A DNA stretch of 64,000 nucleotides from Alphaproteobacteria bacterium. Its GTDB lineage: Bacteria; Pseudomonadota; Alphaproteobacteria; UBA828. Under the pieces are notes generated by a model, which ran no database searches, was not told the origin of the DNA, and saw only the letters and a list, made by a program, of their open reading frames with translations. This document shows positions 1 to 9,522 of this stretch, in pieces (the first letter of the stretch is position 1; the number at the start of each line of letters is the position of its first letter). Both the position numbers and the translations under genes were made by a program. Location: positions 224,001 to 288,000 of the forward strand of contig CAXXMU010000005.1 of assembly GCA_963667785.2 (NCBI GenBank). The letters run 5' to 3'.

Positions 1-946
1 CTACGACCGCTTCGGCCACGCCGCGTTCGACGGCCCGGGCTCCGGCCCCGGCGCCGGCGGTTTCGACTTCGGCACCAGCTTCGCCGATGTGTTCGACGAT
101 CTCTTCGGCGAGTTCATGGGCGGTGGTGCCAGGCGCGGCGGCCGGCGCCAGCCGGCGCGGGGCGCGGATCTCCGCTACAACATGGAGATCACGCTGGAGG
201 ACGCCTTCGGCGGCAAGCAGGCGACGATCCGCGTTCCCGGCACCGTGTCCTGCGAGCCCTGCGACGGCTCGGGCGCCCGCGCCGGTACCCGGCCTTCCGC
301 GTGCGGCACCTGCGGCGGCGCGGGCAAGGTGCGGGCCCAGCAGGGTTTCTTCACCATCGAGCGGACCTGCCCCACCTGCCAGGGCGCGGGCCAGGTGATC
401 GCCGACCCCTGCCCCGAGTGCCGCGGCGCGGGCCGGGTGCAGAAGGAGAAGTCGCTCGCCGTCAACATCCCGCCCGGCGTCGAGGACGGCACCCGCATCA
501 GGCTCGCCGGCGAGGGCGAGGCCGGCGCCCGCGGCGCACCGCCGGGCGATCTCTACATCTTCCTCTCGGTCGCGCCGCACCGCATCTTCCAGCGCGACGC
601 CATGCACGTCCACTGCCGGGTGCCCATCCCGATGACCACGGCGGCACTCGGCGGCGCGGTCGAGGTGCCCACCGTCAGCGGCAGCCGGGCGCGGGTCACG
701 GTGCCGGCAGGTACCCAGTCGGGGCACCAATTCCGCCTGCGCGGCAAGGGCATGCCGGCGCTGCGCGGCGCCGGCCACGGCGACATGTACATCGAGGTCG
801 CCGTCGAGACGCCGGTCAACCTGAACAAGCGCCAGAGGGAGCTGCTCGCGCAATTCGACGAGCAGGGGGGCTCGCGCTCGACCAGCCCCGAATCCGAGGG
901 CTTTTTCGCCAAGGTGAAGGAGCTCTGGGAGGATCTTAAGGACTGA
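1..946 (+). CDS. dnaJ: Molecular chaperone DnaJ (5'-truncated by window edge)
   Basis: Frame open from base 2 ([11 protein letters not shown]-rich region, DLFGEFMG). Four CxxCxGxG zinc-finger repeats and C-terminal GDLY and [11 protein letters not shown] motifs. Confidence 0.97.
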   Translation, partial: YDRFGHAAFDGPGSGPGAGGFDFGTSFADVFDDLFGEFMGGGARRGGRRQPARGADLRYNMEITLEDAFGGKQATIRVPGTVSCEPCDGSGARAGTRPSACGTCGGAGKVRAQQGFFTIERTCPTCQGAGQVIADPCPECRGAGRVQKEKSLAVNIPPGVEDGTRIRLAGEGEAGARGAPPGDLYIFLSVAPHRIFQRDAMHVHCRVPIPMTTAALGGAVEVPTVSGSRARVTVPAGTQSGHQFRLRGKGMPALRGAGHGDMYIEVAVETPVNLNKRQRELLAQFDEQGGSRSTSPESEGFFAKVKELWEDLKD

Positions 947-1010
947 CTTTTTCTTACCCCTCAATCGCCGGGCGCTCGCTCCACTCGCTTGGCTACGCGC
1001 TTGGCGGCGC

Positions 1011-1047
1011 GCCGGCGCGGTCGCGCCGGCCGGGCCTGACGGCCCGG
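1011..1047. repeat. REP-like tandem GC hairpins between dnaJ and dapB
   Basis: GCCGGCGCG-GT-CGCGCCGGC (9-bp arms) followed by CCGGGCC-TGAC-GGCCCGG (7-bp arms). Confidence 0.5.
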
Positions 1048-1138
1048 TCCTTGTAATGATCCACATCCCGACCGCTGCCGAGCGCTTCGTGGCTGCCGGC
1101 CGCTTGCGCGGGCCGGGGTGCGTCGCCACTATTGTCCG

Positions 1139-1939
1139 ATGAAGATCGGCATCCCGGGCGCCGCCGGGCGCATGGGCCAGGCGCTGACCCGCCAGGTCGC
1201 GGGCACCGAGGGTTGTGCGCTGGTCGCCGCGACCGAAGTGCCGGACCATCCCGCCCTCGGGCGGGACTGCGGCGCGCTTGCCGGTATCGAGCCGCTCGGC
1301 GTCACGCTCGGTGACGACGCGCAGGCGATGTTCCGCGCGGCCGATGCGGTGCTCGACTTCACCCTGCCGGGCGCCGCCGTCCGCCACGCCGAGCTGGCCG
1401 CGTCCGAAGGCGCGATCCTGGTCGTCGGCACCACCGGCCTCGGCGACGCCGAGCAGGCGGCGCTGGAAGCGGCGGCGGCGCGGGTCGCCGTGGTGCAGGC
1501 GCCCAACATGAGCCTCGCGGTCAACCTTCTGCTCAGGCTCACCGAGCAGGTCGCCGGCCTGCTCGACGACGACTACGACATCGAGATCGTCGAGATGCAC
1601 CACCGGCACAAGATCGATGCGCCGTCCGGCACCGCGCTCGGCCTCGGCCGGGCGGCCGCGAGGGCGCGTGGCGTCTCGCTCGACGAGGTGGCCGCGCGGG
1701 GCCGCGACGGGGTCACCGGCGAGAGGCCGCGCGGCGCGATCGGCTTCGCCGCGCTCAGGGGCGGCGACGTCGTCGGCGAGCACAGCGTGATCTTCGCGGC
1801 GGACGGCGAGAGGCTGGAGCTGGCCTGCCGCTCGTCGAACCGCCAGACCTACGCGCGCGGCGCCCTCCAGGCGGCGCGCTGGGCGCGGGGGAAGCCGCCC
1901 GGCCTCTACACCATGGCGGACGTTCTCGGCCTCGCCTGA
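1139..1939 (+). CDS. dapB: 4-hydroxy-tetrahydrodipicolinate reductase
   Basis: N-terminal GAAGRMG nucleotide-binding motif, VVGTTG, and EMHHRHKIDAPSGTA signature. ATG at 1139. Confidence 0.97.
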   Translation: MKIGIPGAAGRMGQALTRQVAGTEGCALVAATEVPDHPALGRDCGALAGIEPLGVTLGDDAQAMFRAADAVLDFTLPGAAVRHAELAASEGAILVVGTTGLGDAEQAALEAAAARVAVVQAPNMSLAVNLLLRLTEQVAGLLDDDYDIEIVEMHHRHKIDAPSGTALGLGRAAARARGVSLDEVAARGRDGVTGERPRGAIGFAALRGGDVVGEHSVIFAADGERLELACRSSNRQTYARGALQAARWARGKPPGLYTMADVLGLA

Positions 1940-1961
1940 GCCGCTGCCTGCAGCCGCCCGG

Positions 1962-2849
1962 TCAGACCTGCTTGGCCTCGATCACGCCGCGCCGGATGGC
2001 ACGGGTGCGGGTGAAGAGCGATTCCAGATGGGCGCCGTCGCCGCGCCGGATGGCGCGCTGGAGGGCCGAGAGGTCCTCGCTGAAGCGGCCCAGCATCTCC
2101 AGCACCGCCCCCCGGTTGTTGAGGAAGATGTCGCGCCACATGATCGGGTCGGAAGCGGCGATGCGGGTGAAGTCGCGGAAGCCGGCGGCTGCGTACTTGA
2201 AGACCTCCTGCTTGGTCTCCTCCTCGAGGTCGGTGACCGTGCCGACGATGTTGTAGGCGATCAGGTGCGGCAGGTGGGAGGTGATGGCGAGCACCGCGTC
2301 GTGATGCTCGGCGCTCATCAACTCCACCGTCATGCCGGCCATACGCCAGAGCGCGGCGACCCGCTCCACCGCCGCAGGGTCGGCCTCCTCCGGCGGGGTG
2401 AGGATGCACCAGCGGCCCTCGAACAGCTCGGCGAAGCCGGCCTCCGGCCCGGAGAACTCGGTGCCCGCCACCGGGTGGCCGGGGATCAGGTGAACCCCCG
2501 CCGGCACGTGCGGCGCGAGCGCGCCGATCACGGCGCTCTTGACCGAGCCCACGTCGGTCACGGTCGCGCCGGGGGCGAGGTGCGGCCCGATCTTCGCCGC
2601 GAGCGTCTCGAACGTGCCCACGGGCGTTCCCAGCACCACGAGGTCGCAGCCTGCGACAGCCTCGGCGGGGTCGAGCGTCACCCGGTCGACGAAGCCGAGC
2701 GCTACGGACGTGTCGAGCGTCGCCTGGCTGCGGGCACAGCCCACGATCTCGGTCGCGGGCGCCTTCTGCCGCAGCACCCGCGCGAGCGAGGAGTTGATCA
2801 GCCCGAGTCCGATCAGCGCGGTGCGGGAGAAGGGTGCAGGCTCGCTCAT
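1962..2849 (-). CDS. tyrC: Prephenate/arogenate (cyclohexadienyl) dehydrogenase
   Basis: IGLGLI, DVGSVK, GHPVAGTEFSG, HDAVLAITSHLPH and GFRDFTRIAASDP motifs. ATG at 2849 overlaps the hisC stop. Confidence 0.95.
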   Translation of the reverse strand: MSEPAPFSRTALIGLGLINSSLARVLRQKAPATEIVGCARSQATLDTSVALGFVDRVTLDPAEAVAGCDLVVLGTPVGTFETLAAKIGPHLAPGATVTDVGSVKSAVIGALAPHVPAGVHLIPGHPVAGTEFSGPEAGFAELFEGRWCILTPPEEADPAAVERVAALWRMAGMTVELMSAEHHDAVLAITSHLPHLIAYNIVGTVTDLEEETKQEVFKYAAAGFRDFTRIAASDPIMWRDIFLNNRGAVLEMLGRFSEDLSALQRAIRRGDGAHLESLFTRTRAIRRGVIEAKQV

Positions 2850-3967
2850 GGCGCCGCTCCCTCGTCCGCCGCAGGCGTCGCCATGAACGCCTCGAGCGCC
2901 CGGCCCACCTCGTCCGTCTCCGCCTCCAGGCCGACGGTGATCCGGAGGCAGTCGCTCAAGTGGTAGGGCTCCATCCGTCGGGCGACGATCCCGCGCGCGC
3001 TGAGGAAGCGATCGGCCGCCGCTGCGTCGCGGCCCTCCTCCGCCGGGAAGCGCACCAGCAGGAAGTTGCAGACGCTGGGCACGACCGCGAGCCCGCCCGC
3101 CGTGAGCCGGGCAGCGAGCGCGGCGCGGCAGGTCTCGTTGAGACTGCGGGCGCGGGCGACGTGCTCCTGGTCCTCGAGCGCGGCGAGCGCCGCGACAAGC
3201 GCGGCTGCGTTGGCGTTGAAGGGGCCGCGGATGCGGTGCAGCACGTCGACGATGGCGGGCGCGGCGTAGGCCCAGCCGAGCCTGAGCGCGGCCAGCCCGT
3301 AGGCCTTCGAGAAGGTGCGGGTCATCACCACGTTGGGCGCCATGCCGGCGAGCTCCAGGCCCGGGTCGTAGTCGGTTTCGGTGACGAACTCGGCGTAGGC
3401 CGAATCGATCACCAGCACGACATGCTCCGGCAGCCCGCCCCACAGGCGGCGCAGCTCGCCCTGGGGGATGTACGTCCCGGTCGGGTTGTTGGGGTTGGCG
3501 AGGAAGACGATCCGGGTGCGCTCGGTGACCAGGCCCAGGATCGCGTCCACGTCGGCGGTGCAGTCGCGCTCAGGTGCCACGACGGGGGTGGCGCCGGTGG
3601 CGAGCGTCGCCAGGGGATAGACCAGGAAGCCATGGCGGGTGTGGATGACCTCGTCGCCCGGCCCGGCATAGGCGTGGGCCAGGAGCTGGAGCAGCTCGTC
3701 CGAGCCGTTGCCGCAGACGATCCGCTCCGGCTCGATGTCGTGGAGCGTCCCCAGCGCCGTGCGCAGCGCCGTGGCGCCGCCGTCGGGATAGCGGTGCAGC
3801 TCGGCTGCGAGCGCGCGGTACGCGGCCTGCGCCTTCGGGCTCGGCCCCAGCGCCGATTCGTTGGAGGAGAGCTTGATGGTGTTGGCGTGGCCCTCCGCGG
3901 TCGAGCGGCCGCCGACATAGGGCGAGATCTCCATGATCCCGGGGCGGGGGGTGGGGTGGACCGGCAT
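2846..3967 (-). CDS. hisC: Histidinol-phosphate aminotransferase
   Basis: KLSSNE, GNGSDELL, ANPNNPTG and TRTFSKAYGLAALRLGW (PLP lysine). Confidence 0.96.
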   Translation of the reverse strand: MPVHPTPRPGIMEISPYVGGRSTAEGHANTIKLSSNESALGPSPKAQAAYRALAAELHRYPDGGATALRTALGTLHDIEPERIVCGNGSDELLQLLAHAYAGPGDEVIHTRHGFLVYPLATLATGATPVVAPERDCTADVDAILGLVTERTRIVFLANPNNPTGTYIPQGELRRLWGGLPEHVVLVIDSAYAEFVTETDYDPGLELAGMAPNVVMTRTFSKAYGLAALRLGWAYAAPAIVDVLHRIRGPFNANAAALVAALAALEDQEHVARARSLNETCRAALAARLTAGGLAVVPSVCNFLLVRFPAEEGRDAAAADRFLSARGIVARRMEPYHLSDCLRITVGLEAETDEVGRALEAFMATPAADEGAAP

Positions 3968-3985
3968 CGCAGGCTCCGCCGCGCG

Positions 3986-4900
3986 TCAGGGCTCGTCGTG
4001 GCGGGCGGGCGGTCTCGGGTAGCTGCCCAGCACCGCGATCCGCCCGATGTCGTCGCCCAGCTGCCTGGCGAAGCGCCCCAGCCGCGCGTCCTCCTCGTCC
4101 ACGAAGCCGTCGGTCTCGATGAGCTGCCAGCGGCCCGGCGCGCCGTTCTCGTCGTGCCAGACCACCGAGCCGGTCATCTCGATGCCGGTGTTGGCGAGTG
4201 CCGTCCTGATGCGGTCGCGGCTGATGGTGTCCGAGGATTCGACCGCCACGTAGGAGACATCGTCGCCCGACGGCGCCGGCGGGGCCATGGTCACCACGAG
4301 AGCGCTGGTCGCGCCGGCCGGATGCCGCCCGCCCGCGAGCCAGGGCAGGCGCGAGACGATCATCGGCCGGCTCTCGTCGCTGGCGGCGAGCGTCAGCCAC
4401 CAGGGCTCGGCGCTCACGCCCACGTCCCCGCTCATCGCATCCGCCGGCACCGGCAGCACGCCGACCGATGCCCTGCCGTCGCGCACGGCACGCAGCACGC
4501 CGCTTTCCGTCTGGGCCTGGAGCAGCAGGGTTTCGGCGCCGAAATGGGCCCGCGCCAGATCGGTGAAGCGCATCTCGTCGCCGGGCGCCTCCACCGTGAA
4601 CACCGAGACGGCGAAGTTGCCCTCCGCGAAAAGCGTCGCCGACATGATCTCCGACCAGATCCGCACGACCACGGGGAAGGGAAAGGGGCCGTCGTGGCGC
4701 GCCATCAGCCGTCGCAGGATCGCGGCCTCACGCGCCGGCCGCAGCAGCGCGCCGGCGACGCCCGCGTCGCGCTTCGCCTTGCTGATGCGGTTGGCGAGCG
4801 CCACCCGGCGCTTCAGCAGGTCGTGGATGGTATCGTCGATCTCGTCGATCTCTCCGCGCAGGGCGTCGAGCGGCGGATCCTTCGGCGAGGGCCTGTTCAT
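3986..4900 (-). CDS. pheA: Chorismate mutase (AroQ domain plus degenerate prephenate-dehydratase-like region)
   Basis: LDALRGEIDEIDDTIHDLLKRR...RPAREAAILRRL AroQ motif; C-terminal LGSYPRP; typical position upstream of hisC-tyrC. Confidence 0.85.
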   Translation of the reverse strand: MNRPSPKDPPLDALRGEIDEIDDTIHDLLKRRVALANRISKAKRDAGVAGALLRPAREAAILRRLMARHDGPFPFPVVVRIWSEIMSATLFAEGNFAVSVFTVEAPGDEMRFTDLARAHFGAETLLLQAQTESGVLRAVRDGRASVGVLPVPADAMSGDVGVSAEPWWLTLAASDESRPMIVSRLPWLAGGRHPAGATSALVVTMAPPAPSGDDVSYVAVESSDTISRDRIRTALANTGIEMTGSVVWHDENGAPGRWQLIETDGFVDEEDARLGRFARQLGDDIGRIAVLGSYPRPPARHDEP

Positions 4901-5069
4901 GGCGGGGCTGATGCGGCTGAGGCGGCGCTGAGTCCTAGTCCATGAGCGTGCCAAAAGCAAAGTAAACATTGACTTTCGGGTGCAATTCGCAACTGTCTGA
5001 CGCCCTTTCGGCGATCCCGTCGGCGCGCGCTCCGGTGGCAGGACGCGGCCTTGCGGGACTCGGAGAGCG

Positions 5070-6239
5070 ATGATCGCGATGCCCGAGAGCACAGCCGCTG
5101 CAGTACATGAAGGCGCGGGCCTCAGCGTAGAGCTCGGCGGGGCGGCGCCGCTCGAGCTCGACTGCGGCGTCTCGCTCGGACCGTTCACGCTTGCCTACCA
5201 GACATACGGCACGCTGAACCGGGACCGCTCCAACGCGGTGCTGCTCTGCCATGCGCTCACCGGCGACCAGTTCGTACGCGGGCCCCATCCGCTCACCGGG
5301 CGCGCCGGTTGGTGGGAGCTGATGGTGGGCCCCGGCAAGCCCTTCGACACGGACCGCTACTTCGTGATCTGCAGCAACGCGCTCGGCGGCTGCATGGGCA
5401 CCACCGGGCCGAAGGAGATCAACCCTGCCACCGGGCGCCCGTGGGGCCTCGACTTCCCGGTCATCACCATCCGCGACATGGTCAAGGCCCAGGCGATGCT
5501 GCTCGACCATCTGGGGATCGAGCAGCTCTTCTGCGTCTCTGGCGGCTCGATGGGCGGCATGCAGGCGCTGCAGTGGGTGGCGAGCTTCCCCGAGCGCTGC
5601 TACACGGCGCTGCCGATCGCCTGCGCGGCCAAGCACTCGGCTCAGAACATCGCGCTCAACGAGGTCGGCCGCCAGGCGATCATGGCCGATCCCGACTGGC
5701 GCGCAGGGCGCTATCAGGAGCACGGAGTCAATCCCGTCGGCGGCCTCGCGGTCGCGCGCATGGCCGCCCACATCACCTACCTCTCGGAATCCGCGCTGCA
5801 GCGGAAGTTCGGCCGCGCCCTGCAGGACAGGAGCAACGTCACCTACGGCTTCGATGCGGACTTCCAGGTGGAGAGCTACCTGCGCCACCAGGGGCAGAGC
5901 TTCGTCGAGCGCTTCGACGCGAACTCCTACCTCTACATCACCCGGGCGATCGACTATTTCGACCTCGCGGCCGACTACGAGGGCGTGCTGGCGAATGCGT
6001 TCCGCGGGGTGGACACCCGCTTCTGCGTCATCTCGTTCACCAGCGACTGGCTCTATCCCACGGCGGAAAACCGCGCCATCGTGCGCGCGCTCGCCGCGGT
6101 CGCCGCCAATGTGAGCTTCGTCGAGGTGGTGAGCGACAAGGGACACGATGCCTTCCTCCTCGACGAGCCGGACATGTTCGAGACCCTGCGCGGCTTCCTG
6201 AGCGGCGCCGCCGCCCGCCGCGGGTTCGGCGGCCCGTGA
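5070..6239 (+). CDS. metX: Homoserine O-acyltransferase (MetX)
   Basis: [15 protein letters not shown] nucleophile, RFDANSY and GHDAFLL motifs. Start may be ATG 5079. Confidence 0.96.
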   Translation: MIAMPESTAAAVHEGAGLSVELGGAAPLELDCGVSLGPFTLAYQTYGTLNRDRSNAVLLCHALTGDQFVRGPHPLTGRAGWWELMVGPGKPFDTDRYFVICSNALGGCMGTTGPKEINPATGRPWGLDFPVITIRDMVKAQAMLLDHLGIEQLFCVSGGSMGGMQALQWVASFPERCYTALPIACAAKHSAQNIALNEVGRQAIMADPDWRAGRYQEHGVNPVGGLAVARMAAHITYLSESALQRKFGRALQDRSNVTYGFDADFQVESYLRHQGQSFVERFDANSYLYITRAIDYFDLAADYEGVLANAFRGVDTRFCVISFTSDWLYPTAENRAIVRALAAVAANVSFVEVVSDKGHDAFLLDEPDMFETLRGFLSGAAARRGFGGP

Positions 6240-6898
6240 GCGAGCGCCAGCGGCAGGCCGGCGCCCGCCCCGATCACCGCCTGATCGCCGAGATGGTGGC
6301 GCCCGGCTCCCGGCTCCTCGATATCGGCTGCGGCGACGGCGCCCTGCTGGAGCTGCTGGCGCGCGAGAAGGAGGTCGACGGCCGCGGCATCGAGATCAGC
6401 CAAGAGGGGGTGAACGCGTCGGTCAGGCGCGGGCTCTCGGTCATCCAGGGGGATGCGGAGACCGATCTCGCCCACTACCCCGATGCCGCCTTCGACTACG
6501 TGGTGCTGAGCCAGACCCTGCCGGCGATCCGCGATCCCCGGGGCGTGCTGCTGGAGCTGCTCAGGATCGGCCGCAGCGCCATCGTCTCGATCCCCAACTT
6601 CGGGCACTGGCGCAACCGGCTGCATCTTCTCACGCGGGGCCGGATGCCGGCACCGCTCGGCTCCAGCGAGCTCTGGTACGAGACGCCGCAGATCAGGCCC
6701 TGCACCATCAAGGACTTCGTCATGCTCTGCCGCGAGCTCGGGATCGCGATCGAGCGCCGCACCCAGCTCGATTCGCGCGGCCGCGTGCGCCGCTTCACCG
6801 GCACCGGCCGCTTCGCCAACCTCTTCGGCGAGCAGGCGGTGTTCCTGCTCTCCGCCAGCCGGACCGGGCCGGGCGCCTCACGGCCCGATCGCCGCTGA
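6236..6898 (+). CDS. metW: Methionine biosynthesis protein MetW
   Basis: RPDH...[35 protein letters not shown] at 6236 overlaps the metX stop. Confidence 0.93.
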   Translation: MSERQRQAGARPDHRLIAEMVAPGSRLLDIGCGDGALLELLAREKEVDGRGIEISQEGVNASVRRGLSVIQGDAETDLAHYPDAAFDYVVLSQTLPAIRDPRGVLLELLRIGRSAIVSIPNFGHWRNRLHLLTRGRMPAPLGSSELWYETPQIRPCTIKDFVMLCRELGIAIERRTQLDSRGRVRRFTGTGRFANLFGEQAVFLLSASRTGPGASRPDRR

Positions 6899-7645
6899 GC
6901 CACCGCGCGCCGCCGTGCGCGCGCCTGCGGGCACCGGCTGCGGCAGCGGCACGATGACCCGGCGCCGGCGCCGCGCCGTGACCGCGCGCGCCTCGAACAC
7001 GGTCTTGCCGGCCTCGACATAGACGATGCCGCCGAAGGGGCGGCCGAGATGCCGACCCAGATGATGCCAGGCCGCGGCGGTGCGCAGCACCGCGCGCGAG
7101 CCCGTGGGCGGCAGGAACAGCATCGCGCCGGACGCGACCGGGGCGAAGCGGTGCTCGCGCAGGAGCCGGGCGAGCTGCGAGGCGCTGAAGGGCGAGCCGT
7201 GGCCGAAGGGCGTGGCCTCCGCCCGCGCCCAGAGGCCGTGGCGGTTCGGCACCAGCGCCAGCATGCGCCCGTTCGGCCGCATCACCCGCCAGACCTCCTC
7301 CAGCATCGGCCGGCGCTGCTCGCTGAACTCCAGGCCGTGGACGATGAGGATGCGGTCGATGCAGCCGTCGGGCAGCGGCAGGGCGCCGTCGTCGGCGAGC
7401 GTCACGAGCCTGCCGCCGCTCTCCGGCCAGGCCATCACCCCCTGGCCCGCCGGCATGACCGCGAAGACGCGGTCCGCCTCCTCCCGGAAGAGGCCGAGAT
7501 AGGGCACCGGGTAGCCGAGGCCGAGCACCACTTCCTCGCGCACGCTCGGCCAGGCGCGGCGGAGCTGCTGGCCGATCATGCGCCGCGTCACCCGGCCGAG
7601 CCGGGTCAGATAGAAGGCGTTGAGGTCGACGACGTCCTGGTGCAT
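6878..7645 (-). CDS. Class I SAM-dependent methyltransferase (type 11, YafS-like)
   Basis: MHQDVVDLNAFY..LG, LGLGYPVPYL, MPAGQGVMAWP and GLWARAEATPFGHG motifs of the conserved alphaproteobacterial family. Confidence 0.88.
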   Translation of the reverse strand: MHQDVVDLNAFYLTRLGRVTRRMIGQQLRRAWPSVREEVVLGLGYPVPYLGLFREEADRVFAVMPAGQGVMAWPESGGRLVTLADDGALPLPDGCIDRILIVHGLEFSEQRRPMLEEVWRVMRPNGRMLALVPNRHGLWARAEATPFGHGSPFSASQLARLLREHRFAPVASGAMLFLPPTGSRAVLRTAAAWHHLGRHLGRPFGGIVYVEAGKTVFEARAVTARRRRRVIVPLPQPVPAGARTAARGGSAAIGP

Positions 7646-7657
7646 GGGCGGGCATGT

Positions 7658-7928
7658 TAACCTGCACTTCTCACCATGGTCATGGTCTGCGCGGCGCTGT
7701 CCGACCGACAGGGCAGGAGAGGCGCGCAGCGCGATGCGGGGACATCGGGCAAGCGCCTCGACGCACACTGTCGGTCGGACAGCGCCGCCCTTCGGGTCTC
7801 GCCCAGGCGCCCGCCCGCGGCGTCGCGAGCCTCAACCGTATTCCCCGATACGCTTTTCGGCCCGCTCCTGGCGGATCGAACGCCTGGTGCGCGACGCAGA
7901 CCGTGACCATGGTGAGAAGTGCAGGTTA
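7658..7928. mobile_element. MITE-like structured repeat, family A, copy 1
   Basis: Perfect 25-bp terminal inverted repeat TAACCTGCACTTCTCACCATGGTCA (7658-7682 / 7904-7928), TA at both ends. About 85% identical by manual alignment to the reverse complement of 27971-28239. Confidence 0.88.
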
Positions 7929-7953
7929 GCAGCCCGCGCGCGCCGGCACCGGC

Positions 7954-8676
7954 TCAATACATGTGGGTGCCGCCGTTCATGGTGATGGTGGAGCCGGTGG
8001 TCCATGCCGCCTTGTCGTCGACGAGAAAGAGCACCGCATGCGCTACCTCGTCTTCGTAGCCCATGCGGCGAACGGGCGACTTGTCGATGATCTTCTTCAC
8101 GATCTTCTCGGGCATGTTGCGCATCATGTAGGTGTCGACGTAGCCGGGCGCCACGGTGTTGACCGTGATCCCGTGCCTCGCACCCTCCTGCGCCAGTGCC
8201 TTGGTGAAGCCGTGCATGCCCGCCTTGGCGGCGACGTAGTTGACCTGGTTGAGCTGGCCGGCCTGGCCGTTCATCGAGCCGATCTGGATGATCCGGCCCC
8301 AGCCGCGTTCGATCATGCCGGGATAGACCGCCTTCGACATGTAGTAGACGGAATCGAGATTGACCCGCACCACCCGCTGCCACTGGTCGTCGGTCATGTT
8401 CTCGAACTTGTTGTCGGAGACCGTGCCTGCGTTGTTGACGAGGATCTCGACCGGGCCGTGCTCAGCCTCGATCGCCGCGACGCCCGCGCGGCAGGCCTCG
8501 CCGTCGCTCACGTCCCACTTGCGCGCCGGAATGCCGGACTCCGCGCTGAACGCGGCGGCGCAGGCCTCGTCGGCATGGTAGTTGACCACCACCGGGTGGC
8601 CGGCCTGCTTCAGGGCACGCGCGATCGCCGCGCCGATGCCGCGCGTGCCGCCGGTAATCAGCGCATGCCGTTCCAT
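7954..8676 (-). CDS. phaB: Acetoacetyl-CoA reductase, second tandem paralog
   Basis: TGGTRGIG, NNAG, NGQAGQLNQVNYVAAKAG (YxxxK), ends NGGTHMY; 240 aa. Confidence 0.85.
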   Translation of the reverse strand: MERHALITGGTRGIGAAIARALKQAGHPVVVNYHADEACAAAFSAESGIPARKWDVSDGEACRAGVAAIEAEHGPVEILVNNAGTVSDNKFENMTDDQWQRVVRVNLDSVYYMSKAVYPGMIERGWGRIIQIGSMNGQAGQLNQVNYVAAKAGMHGFTKALAQEGARHGITVNTVAPGYVDTYMMRNMPEKIVKKIIDKSPVRRMGYEDEVAHAVLFLVDDKAAWTTGSTITMNGGTHMY

Positions 8677-8711
8677 CTTCCGCCTCCCCTCGCCCGCTTC
8701 CGTCGCTTCGT

Positions 8712-9434
8712 TCAGTACATGTGGTGGCCGCCGTTGACCGAGATCGTGGAGCCGGTGATGAAGTCGGCGTCGTCGGCGATCAGGAAGAGCACCGCGCGGG
8801 CGATGTCCTCGGCCCGGCCGAGCCGGCCCACGGGGATCGAGGCGACGATCTTCTCCAGCACCGCCTCCGGCACCGCGCGCACCATCTCGGTATCGACGTA
8901 GCCGGGCGCCACGGCATTCACGGTGATGTTGTGGCGCGCGCCTTCTTGCGCCAGCGCCTTGGTGAAGCCGTGAATCCCCGACTTCGCCGCCGCATAGTTG
9001 ACCTGGCCGTACTGGCCGGCCTGGCCGTTGATCGAGCCGATGTTCACGACCCGCCCGAACTTGCGCGCGCGCATGCCGGGGAAGGTCGCGTGGCAGAGGT
9101 TGAAGCAGGAGCCGAGGTTGGTGTCGAGCACCGCCTGCCAGTTGTCCGGCGTCATCTTCTGCAGCGTGCCGTCGCGGGTGATCCCGGCGTTGTTCACCAG
9201 GATGTCGATGGGACCGATCTCCTGCTCGATGCGCCCGACGCCCGCCTCGCAGGCGGCGAAGTCGCCCACGTCCCACTTGTGGACGGCGATGCCGGTGGCG
9301 CTGCGGAAGCGCTCGGCCGCCTCGTCGTTCGCGTTGTAGTTCGCGGCTACCTGGTAGCCGTCGTTCTTCAGCGCCAGCGAAATGGCGCCGCCGATACCGC
9401 GTGTTCCGCCCGTGACCAGTGCCACCCGTGTCAT
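8712..9434 (-). CDS. phaB: Acetoacetyl-CoA reductase
   Basis: MTRVALVTGGTRGIG, NNAGITRD, INGQAGQYGQVNYAAAKSG, ends NGGHHMY; 240 aa. Confidence 0.94.
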   Translation of the reverse strand: MTRVALVTGGTRGIGGAISLALKNDGYQVAANYNANDEAAERFRSATGIAVHKWDVGDFAACEAGVGRIEQEIGPIDILVNNAGITRDGTLQKMTPDNWQAVLDTNLGSCFNLCHATFPGMRARKFGRVVNIGSINGQAGQYGQVNYAAAKSGIHGFTKALAQEGARHNITVNAVAPGYVDTEMVRAVPEAVLEKIVASIPVGRLGRAEDIARAVLFLIADDADFITGSTISVNGGHHMY

Positions 9435-9522
9435 GCCTGCGTTCCCCGATCGTGCATCGCGCCGCCGGGGAAGGGCTCCTCGGCGACGCGCGCGCCTCAT
9501 ATGCGCAGGCGCCGGCGCATTT

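Noticed and set aside
4901-5069. SAM-II or SAM-SAH riboswitch upstream of metX
   Set aside because: Could not find the SAM-II signature (UGAUUU...UUGCA...GCUAAA); only a TTGACT -35-like hexamer.
7654-7929. Small ORFs inside the repeat elements (also 27990-28217 and 30135-30335)
   Set aside because: They fall within the repeats, have no transposase motifs, and indels between copies shift the frames.
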